Shown: positions 1 through 8,893 of the stretch, piece after piece
How the letters are laid out: every line of letters starts with the position of its first letter
Position numbering within the stretch: position 1 is the first letter of the stretch
Source: Pseudomonadota bacterium
Lineage (GTDB): Bacteria > Bdellovibrionota > FAC87 > UBA2466
Assembly: GCA_043767805.1 (NCBI GenBank)
Contig: JAYUGC010000081.1
Location: forward strand, 1 to 33,072
DNA: 33,072 bases
Direction: 5' to 3'
Translations under genes and position numbers: made by a program
Notes under the pieces: generated by a model
What the model saw: only the letters and a program-made list of their open reading frames with translations
Databases searched by the model: none
Told to the model about the DNA's origin: nothing

Positions 1-28
1 GATACTTTTAGCTTTGGCTAAAAGTATC
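1..28. repeat. Perfect 12-bp inverted repeat (terminator or operator)
   Basis: GATACTTTTAGC-TTTG-GCTAAAAGTATC; may extend beyond the window edge. Confidence 0.5.
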
Positions 29-121
29 CACACACCTTTTGGGTTTTATTGTTTTTTTAACTTGTGGTTTTATTTCAGTTCCTTATTATGAAGGTGAAAC
101 TTTCCAGCGAAAGGAGGACGA

Positions 122-202
122 ATGATTTGTGAAATCTATAAACAATCCCCCGAGAGACAAATCGTACGTTCCTCCGTCGATACTTTGACGACGTGGGACT
201 GA
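122..202 (+). CDS. Putative 26-aa small ORF/leader peptide MICEIYKQSPERQIVRSSVDTLTTWD
   Basis: AGGAGG directly upstream; possible TTGTGG-16-TATTAT promoter at 62-89; GACGACG...CGTCGTC hairpin and pyrimidine run overlap the stop. Confidence 0.35.
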   Translation: MICEIYKQSPERQIVRSSVDTLTTWD

Positions 203-288
203 CGCGTCGTCTTCTCTCTCTCAATCCAAAACTAAACACTGATTTTTAATCGCGGCGGAGCTTTTTTCCGTCTGCTTAGAGGTTTGTC

Positions 289-453
289 ATGAAGCACTTA
301 TTGAAGACGTTTTTGCGCCTTGGGGCGGAGCTATGGGCTCTGTTCTTAAAAGGCCCAGAGTTATTTATCCACGAAGGGCCCCACTCCCGTCCGACGAGAC
401 GCTCTGAGTGGGACCGAGGTGGGCATTTCGATCGTAGTCCGGGGTGGAGGTAA
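289..453 (+). CDS. Putative 54-aa small protein with amphipathic N-terminal helix
   Basis: AGAGG upstream; MKHLLKTFLRLGAELWALFLKGPELFIHEG...SPGWR; similar to the next ORF. Confidence 0.45.
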   Translation: MKHLLKTFLRLGAELWALFLKGPELFIHEGPHSRPTRRSEWDRGGHFDRSPGWR

Positions 454-456
454 CCA

Positions 457-603
457 ATGCTAATACAAAGACTGAAACGGCTCGCAGCGAAGCTATATGC
501 TCTGCTGAAGGAGCCTCGTGGCCGCTACGGCGGGTTCACGAGTGGCGATAAAACCGCGAGATCGATCTCGAGCTTCTCGAAGCCAGAGAACGCCAGACTG
601 TGA
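457..603 (+). CDS. Putative 48-aa small protein, paralogous N-terminus to 289-453
   Basis: GGAGG at 446-450; MLIQRLKRLAAKLYALLKEP...; overlaps the 3' end of the P450 gene convergently. Confidence 0.35.
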   Translation: MLIQRLKRLAAKLYALLKEPRGRYGGFTSGDKTARSISSFSKPENARL

Positions 604-1760
604 TGCTTGCGCTGAACCGCGCCCGAAAGGCGAAGGTCCGGAAATCGACGGAGTAGCTCTCCGAAGCAAGCCACCATCTGGATCCGCGCGAGTTTTGCGC
701 CCAGACAAAAATGAGGTCCGTACCCATACGCGAAGTGCGGGTTGTGCTTTCTATCCAGAACGCATTCCTCCGCGCGCTCGAATTGAGACGGATCGCGGTT
801 CACGGCGTGGTTCGCGATGAATACGACTCCGTTATCCGGAATCGTGACGCCGCCCAGCTGCGTCTCGTGCTTGGCGACGCGAAAAAGAAACGTCACCGCC
901 GGGTCTAAACGGTTGAACTCCTCGAGCGCCGCCGGAAGAAGCTCGGGACTTGCCACGATGGCCTGCTTGGCGCCCGGCCGGGTAAGCAGCGAGTACATGT
1001 TGTTGCAAAACTGGTCCGTCGTCGTCACTTGGCCCGCGACGAGCATCATCATGGCCTGAGAGACCACCTCCTCGTCGGTAAGCCCGAAGCGCGCCTGATT
1101 GCGGAGCAGGATGCTCAAGAAGTCTCCGCTCAAGGCGTCTCGCCGGCGCCCGATCAAATCACGGAAGTAATCCCTGAGACGGCTCGCGCTCTTATTTACT
1201 TCGACCCCGTCTTCGTTGCGGTACCGTGAGGCCCCGCCGAAGAACTGGGTCATGTTGTTCGACCAGCGGTAGAAATCCGCGCGGCTTTCTTCAGGGATGT
1301 GAAAGAGATCGGCCAAAACGATCGAAGGCAGAGGGACCGCGATTTCTTCGACGAACTCCAGCCTTCCTGAGTGGCTTGCGTCGTCGACGAGCTTTTTCAC
1401 GGTGCGCTCGATCAGGGGCCGGTAATAGTCCAAAAGTTCGTCGGTCAAACCCATTCCCGCGGTTTTGCGGCGGGTCGCGTGCTCCTTACCGTCGCTCATG
1501 ACCATCATCTTGCTGATGACGCCAAAGAAATCGGTGATGAGACGCAGGTCGAGATTAGGCATGCGAGAAATGAAGAACGAAGACCGGTCCGCGCTGTAGT
1601 CCTGGCTGCGCAGTACGGTTTCGGCGAGCGCGTAGTCCGTGACGATGAAAAATTCGCCGCGTTGCCACCAGGATACGGGCCCCTGCGCTCGCAGCAGCCC
1701 GGCGAAGACATCCGGCGAAGTTTGAGTCTTGGTGTCCAAGAGCGGTTGATCGGGCAACAT
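525..1760 (-). CDS. Cytochrome P450 (411 aa)
   Basis: Heme motif FAYGYGPHFCLG, ExxR (EFNR), I-helix AGQVTT; start re-called to ATG 1760 behind GTAGGAG because the longer ORF overlaps pvcB. Confidence 0.95.
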   Translation of the reverse strand: MLPDQPLLDTKTQTSPDVFAGLLRAQGPVSWWQRGEFFIVTDYALAETVLRSQDYSADRSSFFISRMPNLDLRLITDFFGVISKMMVMSDGKEHATRRKTAGMGLTDELLDYYRPLIERTVKKLVDDASHSGRLEFVEEIAVPLPSIVLADLFHIPEESRADFYRWSNNMTQFFGGASRYRNEDGVEVNKSASRLRDYFRDLIGRRRDALSGDFLSILLRNQARFGLTDEEVVSQAMMMLVAGQVTTTDQFCNNMYSLLTRPGAKQAIVASPELLPAALEEFNRLDPAVTFLFRVAKHETQLGGVTIPDNGVVFIANHAVNRDPSQFERAEECVLDRKHNPHFAYGYGPHFCLGAKLARIQMVACFGELLRRFPDLRLSGAVQRKHHSLAFSGFEKLEIDLAVLSPLVNPP

Positions 1761-1771
1761 GAGCCAATCTC

Positions 1772-2575
1772 CTACAAAATCTGAACGCGTCTCAAATGCC
1801 TCGGGGTTTCCCGGGTAAAAGCGTTCCGGCCATGCACTAACGTATGATTGTCGGCGATGAGGTAATCCCCCGGCTCCCACTGATGCAGGTAACTCGCCTT
1901 GGGATCGTAAAAACGATGGGCGAGGTCGCCCAAGAGATCGGCGCTGTGCCCGCCTTCGCAGGAGACGGTGACCGGGTTTAGCTTCGTCTCGACCGGCTCC
2001 GCGAAGCGCAGAACGGGGACGCCTGACTTGGGATGGCGCTGAACGAGATCGACGGTGAGGGAGCCGCCGTAATGAGCGACTTTCTCCGTCGTGTACGTCA
2101 GTCTTGCCTTGGCCCAGACCTCGCGATCGGCCTTGGAGGCCGATTCCCAAACTAGTGCCGTATTGGTGAATCGGGTCTCACCCCCCGCATCCCTCGCCGG
2201 AGCTTCGAGACAATGGAACACCAGGAAGCTCGGCACGCGGTGAAAAGCTCCGTCCCAGTGAAGGGGCACCGCCTCGCGAGAGAAGAGATAATTCTTGGCT
2301 TCGGAAGCCGGCGTCATCTCCATCACGGGGCCGGACTCCCAATGCAGAAGCTCTCCCTGAGGATAAGAGAGACAAAAGTCGAGCAGACCTTCTTTTGAGA
2401 CCCGCTTGAAGCCGCGAAACACGACGAGCGGCGAGGAGGCCAGAAGATCTTGCCTCAAAGCGCCAGACAGCTCGGAGAGCACTTCGTGCTTTCTCGCCGT
2501 CACCAGGGTGCCGAACGGGCTCAGAGGCTCGACCTGATACAGCTCTTTCAGCTGAGGCAAAGTTTGAACAATCAT
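1772..2575 (-). CDS. pvcB: Fe(II)/2-oxoglutarate-dependent oxygenase, PvcB/IsnB (TauD fold)
   Basis: PLHWDG and DNHTLVHGR facial-triad motifs, LRRVQIL C-terminus; ATGA overlap with pvcA stop. Confidence 0.9.
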   Translation of the reverse strand: MIVQTLPQLKELYQVEPLSPFGTLVTARKHEVLSELSGALRQDLLASSPLVVFRGFKRVSKEGLLDFCLSYPQGELLHWESGPVMEMTPASEAKNYLFSREAVPLHWDGAFHRVPSFLVFHCLEAPARDAGGETRFTNTALVWESASKADREVWAKARLTYTTEKVAHYGGSLTVDLVQRHPKSGVPVLRFAEPVETKLNPVTVSCEGGHSADLLGDLAHRFYDPKASYLHQWEPGDYLIADNHTLVHGRNAFTRETPRHLRRVQIL

Positions 2576-3540
2576 ACCCAACCCTCCTCGCCCGAAGAGA
2601 TCTTAAAGTAACCATAGCCTTTGTCGCAGCGGACGAGTCTCGCGCCGGCTTGCTCCGCCGCGCGGCGGGTGGAGAGCTCGAACCGCTCGCCTTTTCCGAC
2701 AACGACGCCATGCCAGGGTGTGCGCCAGATGTTGCGGCTGGGCAAAAGCTTCACGCCCAGCTTTTCGGAATCGAAGCCTTGCGGGTGAATCGAAAGGCGG
2801 ACCGCCTCGGGAAATTGTTTCTGCACGAGCTCGCTCCAAGCATTGCTCCGCTGAATGACTTCGTAAGCGAGGGACTTCGCTTCCTCTCGCACGCGCGAGC
2901 GGCTTTTCGCGGGCTCCATCACGATGCGATCTTCAAAGAGAAAACGGTGAATGCCGTTAAAGAGACTGCGGTGGTCGGCGTCCTCTTTCGTGCGGCGGTG
3001 AATGACTTCCACCGGTTCGGCGAACGTCTCGACGAGCTCCCGGCGCATGTCACCGAACTCAAAGCCCTTAAAGCAATCATCCAGATCGAAAGTGGAGAGA
3101 CGAGTGAGCCCCCACGAAGACAAAATCTCTCGGATACCGAGACTGTAAGCGTTCACGTCCTCGTCCTTCACTCGCACGAGGTCGCTGAATACCCTTCCGT
3201 CCGAACAAATGATCAGCTGAGCTCCGGGGCTATGGAAGACCTCGATCTTGCGGCAAAGCTCGTCCAGCCGCTTGAGGGCTAGCACTTCGCCGTAGTCAGG
3301 GAGATGGCTCAGGGTTTTTTCCGGGTTCGGTGATTTCGCGGGAAAAGCGGGAAGCACCATCTCGAGAAGGGCTTGAGTCTCCACCGCCCGTTCGATCTTT
3401 CCGCGCAGCTTGGCGAGCACCTCGGGGCTTTTGACTTCCCCTTCCGTCAGGGGATTCGCAATCTCGAGCAGCAACTCGAGGATGGACTCGACGGCCCCCT
3501 GATTGATTTCGTTCGGTCTGTAGGTCGGCACGGCCAACAT
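2572..3540 (-). CDS. pvcA: L-Tyr/L-Trp isonitrile synthase, PvcA/IsnA/Dit1 family (322 aa)
   Basis: LPAFPAKSPN, SDGRVFSD, RLSIHP, TPWH motifs; start re-called to ATG 3540 behind GGAGG. Confidence 0.92.
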   Translation of the reverse strand: MLAVPTYRPNEINQGAVESILELLLEIANPLTEGEVKSPEVLAKLRGKIERAVETQALLEMVLPAFPAKSPNPEKTLSHLPDYGEVLALKRLDELCRKIEVFHSPGAQLIICSDGRVFSDLVRVKDEDVNAYSLGIREILSSWGLTRLSTFDLDDCFKGFEFGDMRRELVETFAEPVEVIHRRTKEDADHRSLFNGIHRFLFEDRIVMEPAKSRSRVREEAKSLAYEVIQRSNAWSELVQKQFPEAVRLSIHPQGFDSEKLGVKLLPSRNIWRTPWHGVVVGKGERFELSTRRAAEQAGARLVRCDKGYGYFKISSGEEGWV

Positions 3541-3640
3541 GAGAGTCTCCCTCCAAGAAACAGTCTCTCCGGCGCGGGGCGATAAATAAAATTGAAAGAC
3601 CGCATGCGTGTCATAGGCCCGATTAATGCCCAATTAGGCT

Positions 3641-4777
3641 CTAATTGCCGTACCAGCGTGGGTCAACCCCGGGCGGAGGCGCCTTAAAAAAGCTCAGGGC
3701 GGTGCTACAGAGACCGCGAAGCAAAGAGAAAGTAGCGCGCGGAGCCGCGGCAAGTCCCGAAGCAAGCATGCGGGCCGCGGGCACGACCCCGCTTTTCACG
3801 CGAACATAACCCGGCACCATCGGAGAGACACCCACTCTGAACCAGGGGATACGAGTCAGCTTCGAGGTAATAACGGCTAACTCGCTCACCCCTGGCGGGG
3901 TGATTCCAATCGCCTTACCAATACCGAGACGAAGACTCTCCGAAGTCTGGGTCCCAAGAATGGGCCCTGGGCCGCTGATACTACGTCCCGACTCGATGTA
4001 CGTGGGCTTGTTCCAATCGTTGTGAATGATGTTCCCCATGATCGCGCCATAGACGGCGACGCCCGCGGTAAACGGAATGGCACGCTCGAGCCGCTCGATG
4101 TCTTGGTAGAACTCCAGCGAGACGAACTTTTGCTTTCGGTCCAAGTTGACGGCCAACGCGAACGCGGTGGTGCCGTACCATCCGCGAGTTCCCGCCGCAA
4201 AGCCTCCACCAGTTCCGATCTCGAAGGTAACCCCTACTTCATTGGAGTGGGCCACCATGGGCGCCTGATCCCAAAGCTGAGAGTCCGCGAGGCGGATAAC
4301 GGTTTGAATGGCTCGGCGTCCCCGCTCGCTCAAGGTGGGCTTATCGATCTCCGGCTCGCCCGTGGCCTTCCCGAAAGCCACTCGAAACTTGCCGGAGACT
4401 TTCTTTCCCGCCGCCGAAATAAATCCAGCCGGCAGCCGTCCCTTGTCGAGAACGTTCAAGAGAACCTTCAGGTATTCCGATCGCCGTTCTTTGAAAGCGA
4501 CTCTTTCCGCCTCGGTCAGGCGCGCGTAGGTCTCTCTTTGCTCCGGCGTCAGGGGATCGTCGGGCAAGATATAGCGCTGCCCGTTCTTGAGGGTCAGATG
4601 CAATAAGGTCGTGTGATTCGGCTCCTCCGAAGTCGTGACTTCGGCGAGCTCACCCAGTTCGGCAGTCGGCAATACCGCTTCCGCCTCGGGCTTCAAGGCC
4701 CCCTCTTCTCCTTCCGCGCGCGCTTTGAGCGGCAGCGCGCAGGCGAGAAACAAGACTACGAAGAAGACGTGCTTCAT
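3641..4777 (-). CDS. Secreted hypothetical protein (378 aa)
   Basis: Sec-like signal MKHVFFVVLFLACALPLKARA; ATGA overlap with upstream gene; beta-rich central part. Confidence 0.75.
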   Translation of the reverse strand: MKHVFFVVLFLACALPLKARAEGEEGALKPEAEAVLPTAELGELAEVTTSEEPNHTTLLHLTLKNGQRYILPDDPLTPEQRETYARLTEAERVAFKERRSEYLKVLLNVLDKGRLPAGFISAAGKKVSGKFRVAFGKATGEPEIDKPTLSERGRRAIQTVIRLADSQLWDQAPMVAHSNEVGVTFEIGTGGGFAAGTRGWYGTTAFALAVNLDRKQKFVSLEFYQDIERLERAIPFTAGVAVYGAIMGNIIHNDWNKPTYIESGRSISGPGPILGTQTSESLRLGIGKAIGITPPGVSELAVITSKLTRIPWFRVGVSPMVPGYVRVKSGVVPAARMLASGLAAAPRATFSLLRGLCSTALSFFKAPPPGVDPRWYGN

Positions 4778-6375
4778 TCTTCATCCGCGTAAATGTCGAT
4801 GCCCACCGGAGCCACGGCCGTGCTCTGCACCGTCCAACTCTGCTCCATACGAAGCGGCGCATAGCGATCTTTCGCGCCCTGGTGACCGTCGTCGCCTCCG
4901 TGCTCCTGCCGATTGATATACTTGATGTGATAGGGAGACGCGTCCATGGCAACGGTCGCTTGAGCGACACGCAGCTCTCTTAAGGCTTCCACGGCCTTCA
5001 TGAGCTGAATGACGTCCGGATTCTTGCTCTTCTCCAAGACCTCGTCGGGAATTCCTTTTTTCTCGAGTGACTTCACGCCTTGTTGAAGCGACCAGAGCTT
5101 CAGACTCTCCCAAACCGGAAGCGTTTCCGGCTTCTTGAAGATGTCAGTGGGGCTCGCTCCCATGGCTTTCCAGAAAGCCATGGCGGGTCCGAGCGGCTGA
5201 AAGCCGTGCTTACTCATCTCGGCCAAGTTCTTCGACTCCTTCAAAAGCCGGACTACCTCGGCCACTTTCAAGCCGTGCAATCCTTCCGTCTCTTCCCAAA
5301 GCTCGATCTTATTCAACGCTTCCTTCGCTTCCGGAGTTTGGTTTACTTTGAGAGATTCTTTCGCCATATGCAGCACGAAACGCTCGTTGATGACCTGATA
5401 AGTCGCCTTCTTGACGCCCGATACTTCAGGTAAAGCTTTTTCCGAATAGACGACGAGGGTGTTCGGGTTCACCTGCTTGCCGAGAGTCGAGGCGACGATT
5501 TTTCCGTCGACGAGGACGATACCGCCCTTCATGCTCAGGCGATCGAACCCATCCAGCATGCCGCGCGTTCCGGCCATTTCCTCCGCGAAGTCCCGGCGCT
5601 CGTTACCCCGACGATCCACGGTCCACTCGTTCAGGAACTCGTGTATCTGGGGAATCAAAGCCTCGCGCTGCTCCGGAGTCAGATCCTGGAGCGCCACGAA
5701 CTTGGCGCGCGGCTCGTCTCCCTTATCCGGGAACTCACGAAAGAAACCGCGCACGGCATTGCGCCGCTTGGGCAAGTCGCCCAAGGTCGCCAGCGAGGCG
5801 CTGTCGTAAACATATTCCGCCTTGCCATCCACGTGACGGGTCAGCACGTTCGGGTCGCTCATTAGAAAATCGGCCGTTTCCTTCGAGATATGGCGGAATA
5901 CGTAAGGCTTTCCCTTCTCGTCGTTCGGGTGCTCGCGAAGAAACGCCTGAATCACCTTGGCGCGTTCCTGATAGGAGACTCCCATGGGCTCCAGCATGGA
6001 GTGATAGGTGTCAGGCGGCGACGTGCGCGCCCGCATCAGGACCGCGCCCTGATACCGAATGACCTCATAAGAGTGTGGCTGGGCCCAGGCCCAAAAGTTC
6101 GCGAAAGTATAAATGGAGAGTTTGGGCGGAAACTTGTGGAAGGCCTCGTTGAAAATAAACCCGTCTCCGGGAGAGAGGGAACGAAAGCCCCTCTCAAACG
6201 TCGGCAGGGATTGAAAGTGCGCCGCCGCATCGGTCGAAAGATAGCCAGCCGCCGATCCGCAATTATCAAAGGGAGTCTGCTCGACGGCGAGCGCCGGCCC
6301 GAGGATCGCAACGAACGTAAATAAGATTGCCCATCGAATGGCGCGAGCGCCATTCCGCTTCCAGATTCCACTCAT
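4774..6375 (-). CDS. DUF2156 / aminoacyl-phosphatidylglycerol synthase C-terminal (GNAT-like) protein with signal peptide and internal insertion
   Basis: EYVY...KRRNAVRGF, VDGKIVA.TLG...SEKA, YQVINERF and KYINR...AKDRYAP resemble DUF2156 motifs; N-terminus ends ...ILGPALA. Confidence 0.7.
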   Translation of the reverse strand: MSGIWKRNGARAIRWAILFTFVAILGPALAVEQTPFDNCGSAAGYLSTDAAAHFQSLPTFERGFRSLSPGDGFIFNEAFHKFPPKLSIYTFANFWAWAQPHSYEVIRYQGAVLMRARTSPPDTYHSMLEPMGVSYQERAKVIQAFLREHPNDEKGKPYVFRHISKETADFLMSDPNVLTRHVDGKAEYVYDSASLATLGDLPKRRNAVRGFFREFPDKGDEPRAKFVALQDLTPEQREALIPQIHEFLNEWTVDRRGNERRDFAEEMAGTRGMLDGFDRLSMKGGIVLVDGKIVASTLGKQVNPNTLVVYSEKALPEVSGVKKATYQVINERFVLHMAKESLKVNQTPEAKEALNKIELWEETEGLHGLKVAEVVRLLKESKNLAEMSKHGFQPLGPAMAFWKAMGASPTDIFKKPETLPVWESLKLWSLQQGVKSLEKKGIPDEVLEKSKNPDVIQLMKAVEALRELRVAQATVAMDASPYHIKYINRQEHGGDDGHQGAKDRYAPLRMEQSWTVQSTAVAPVGIDIYADEE

Positions 6376-6761
6376 GCACGTACCTCAATGGCCCACAGGA
6401 ATTGTCGTGACCTCAATACGTGCAGCAATACGTTCGTTTTAGAGGTTAACTTTCATTATACGGAGCATCGAGAACCAAAAACAAAGTGTTCCCGACGTGG
6501 ACAGGAGATTTACTCGGTAGACAAAGTGAATACGCTGGATTTTATCGATTCGAAATGGATTAAGGCGTCCTTGGCGAAGCTACCGGCCTGTTGGTTGCCG
6601 CACCAAGGACGCCCTAAAGTCGCCCTACTCTTTCCCTAGGTTACCCCCGGATAGAAGCTGATACCTCAAGTCCCGGAACCTCGGACCCCTCCCCCGAGGG
6701 GTGTGTGAGCCTTAAGGAACTTTTGCTTGAAGCCCGCCCCTTCGATCCTATCTTGCCACCC

Positions 6762-7043
6762 ATGGAAAATACCGCCAAGCGCCACCCGAGTCTGAACCAA
6801 TACTTCTGTCTGGAACGGAGTGGCCTGCGTGGCTCGCCGCTTTGCCTCGGCGCCATGACCTTCGGCACCGAATGGAGCTGGGGCAGTCCCGCCGACACCG
6901 CTCAGCGGATCCTAGACACCACTTGGACGCGGGCGGTAATTTCGTCGATACCGCCGACATGTATACCAGCGGCAAGAGCGGTCATGCAGGGCATGATCAC
7001 GGGCGGAGCGATTGTCCGGGCCGAGCCAAAATCGTTTCGCTAG
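6762..7043 (+). pseudogene. Aldo/keto reductase remnant (frameshift plus large internal deletion)
   Basis: RSGLRGSPLCLGAMTFGTEWSWG in one frame, LDAGGNFVDTADMYTSGKS in another (shift near 6920), then a jump near 6980 to a C-terminal-like VMQGMITGG segment. Confidence 0.85.
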
Positions 7044-8866
7044 GGCAGCGTAAGTAAGCTCGACGGCTCCGGAGTTTTCCAGAGCGACAGCACGGGAAGG
7101 CTCGCGTCCTGCACTTGATTCGCGCGCACGATACGCACGAATCTCTCGGGATTCTGCTTCAGAATCTTTTCCCAAGCCTGCGCCTGCGCGGGGCCTCGGC
7201 GCGGGTTACGCCAGAAAGCGCGTACGCGATCCTTGCCATCGGAATCCGTTACCTGCACCAGGTACATTTCCCAGTTGCTCGGATCGGTATTCACCGGCGG
7301 CAAATTCTTGAAGTACTTGCCCAGATCGAGCGGAGAGCGTCCCAGCGCGACGATGTAACTTCCGTTCTGACGGCGGCCGGCGAGCTGCACGGCGCCCTTT
7401 CCTAAGATCCCTTCGAGAGCCTGATAGACTCCGCCTTGCATTTGCTTGAAGGTGTCCAAGCCGAGATCGGTGATGCCCGCGCGCTCACTGGTAAGCTTAG
7501 CGGCACTCACGCGCTCGGCCTGCGTGAAGCGAAGCACGTCGGCCGTGGTAAGACCCGGCTGATGCGCTTTGAGCATGGCGAGCACGCCTGCGAACAAAGC
7601 CGCCGCATTGGAAGTGCCCGAGCTGCCCATACCATCGGTAAACTCGATGGACGAGCTGGCGAGCACCAGGTCGGGCTTCGAGCGCCCATCGGCGGTGGGA
7701 CCGAGAGCGGAAATTTGCGATTTGTCTCCGACGGCGATGACCTTCGGATGATCCGCGGGAATCATGATCTCGCCGCCTTCGGTGGCGTCGAGGAACTCGA
7801 GCGGATCCACGGAGCTGCCCACGTTGGAGTCGAAATAGGGAGCGCTTTGCGAAAGCAGCGTGATGCGCACTCTATCGAACGAATCGAACGTGCCGCCCTT
7901 GGCTTTCACCTTGATGAAATAGGTACCGCGCGAAACGCGTCCTTCGACGATCTCGCGGGGGACATAGCTTTCGCCCGTCGCGCGCTCGACGCCTTCTTTT
8001 TTGACGACCTGCTTGAGATCCGCCTTCATGATCTCTTTGCCCGCTTCGTCGAAGACGTAGAGATCCAGATCCTTCTCCGTACCGGAGGTCTCTTCGTCCG
8101 TGTACTGGTTCCAGGAAAGCACGGCCTTGAACGGGTTTCTGTCGAGGCGGCTCTTCACGCGAAGACCGGCGCCCTGGGCTCCGAGACGTACCCATTGATC
8201 GGCTCCGACGGAAACGGTCGCGTTGTGCACGCGGCGGCCGTAGTTCCCCGCGGCGTTGACCCACAAGATGCCGGCATCCGTCGCGGAACTTACGATCTTG
8301 TTGATGAAGCCTTTACCGTCGAAGTTACCGCCGTACTCCCAGTTCTGGCTAAAGAGGACGATGTCGACCTTTTCGTCGATGCAGTACTGAACCGCGCGGC
8401 CAAAGTTGGTGAGGCCGTTGGAATTGAGCAAAAGAATTTGAGGCGCGTCGATGGAGGAGTTTCCGGTGACGGCCCAGAGAGCGAGCGCCATGGCGCGGCC
8501 ATGATCGTCATTCTCGTCCAGAGCGTTCTGATCCGAGGGCTTACCGAGCTTGTGTTTCTCGAGGAAAGCCGCGTCGTAGGTGGAGGTTAGCTTGAAGATC
8601 GAAGGCGGAAGCTCTTGATCCAAAGTGAACGTCTGCCCGAAGCCCTTGTCGAGCACGGCGACTTTCAGCGTGCGAAGACGGTCCTTCACGCCACTTACCG
8701 AGTCGTACTTATCGACTCCAAGAGTTTTGCGCAGCTCTTCGAGCCGCCGGACTTCGATACTTTGAGCAAAAGCCAAGGCTGAAGCCCAGGCCAACGCAAG
8801 AGCGAGAAAGCGACGCACCACCACAGACGCCACCCTTCCTTTAAAAAAACGGAGGAGCCTCCACAA
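7040..8866 (-). CDS. Secreted S8 (subtilisin-like) serine peptidase with inserted beta domain and C-terminal extension
   Basis: VAVLDKGF (Asp), DDHGRAM (His), NAAGN (oxyanion Asn), GTSNAAA (Ser); signal peptide ...SALAFA; GGAGG before TTG start. Confidence 0.9.
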   Translation of the reverse strand: MWRLLRFFKGRVASVVVRRFLALALAWASALAFAQSIEVRRLEELRKTLGVDKYDSVSGVKDRLRTLKVAVLDKGFGQTFTLDQELPPSIFKLTSTYDAAFLEKHKLGKPSDQNALDENDDHGRAMALALWAVTGNSSIDAPQILLLNSNGLTNFGRAVQYCIDEKVDIVLFSQNWEYGGNFDGKGFINKIVSSATDAGILWVNAAGNYGRRVHNATVSVGADQWVRLGAQGAGLRVKSRLDRNPFKAVLSWNQYTDEETSGTEKDLDLYVFDEAGKEIMKADLKQVVKKEGVERATGESYVPREIVEGRVSRGTYFIKVKAKGGTFDSFDRVRITLLSQSAPYFDSNVGSSVDPLEFLDATEGGEIMIPADHPKVIAVGDKSQISALGPTADGRSKPDLVLASSSIEFTDGMGSSGTSNAAALFAGVLAMLKAHQPGLTTADVLRFTQAERVSAAKLTSERAGITDLGLDTFKQMQGGVYQALEGILGKGAVQLAGRRQNGSYIVALGRSPLDLGKYFKNLPPVNTDPSNWEMYLVQVTDSDGKDRVRAFWRNPRRGPAQAQAWEKILKQNPERFVRIVRANQVQDASLPVLSLWKTPEPSSLLTLP

Positions 8867-8893
8867 GAGGCCCCTCCGAAATGTTTTTAACTA

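Noticed and set aside
1761..2150. 130-aa N-terminal extension of the P450 in the ORF track
   Set aside because: Overlaps pvcB in another frame and is Arg-rich shadow sequence; a good RBS precedes ATG 1760.
3541..3640. GGAGAGAC upstream of pvcA as a glycine riboswitch
   Set aside because: The remaining conserved elements are absent and the region is too short.
7436..8590. Long antisense ORFs (also 13318-14085, 14225-15088, 17586-18548, 27322-28233, 28771-29703)
   Set aside because: Shadow frames opposite better-supported genes in GC-rich DNA; no motifs.
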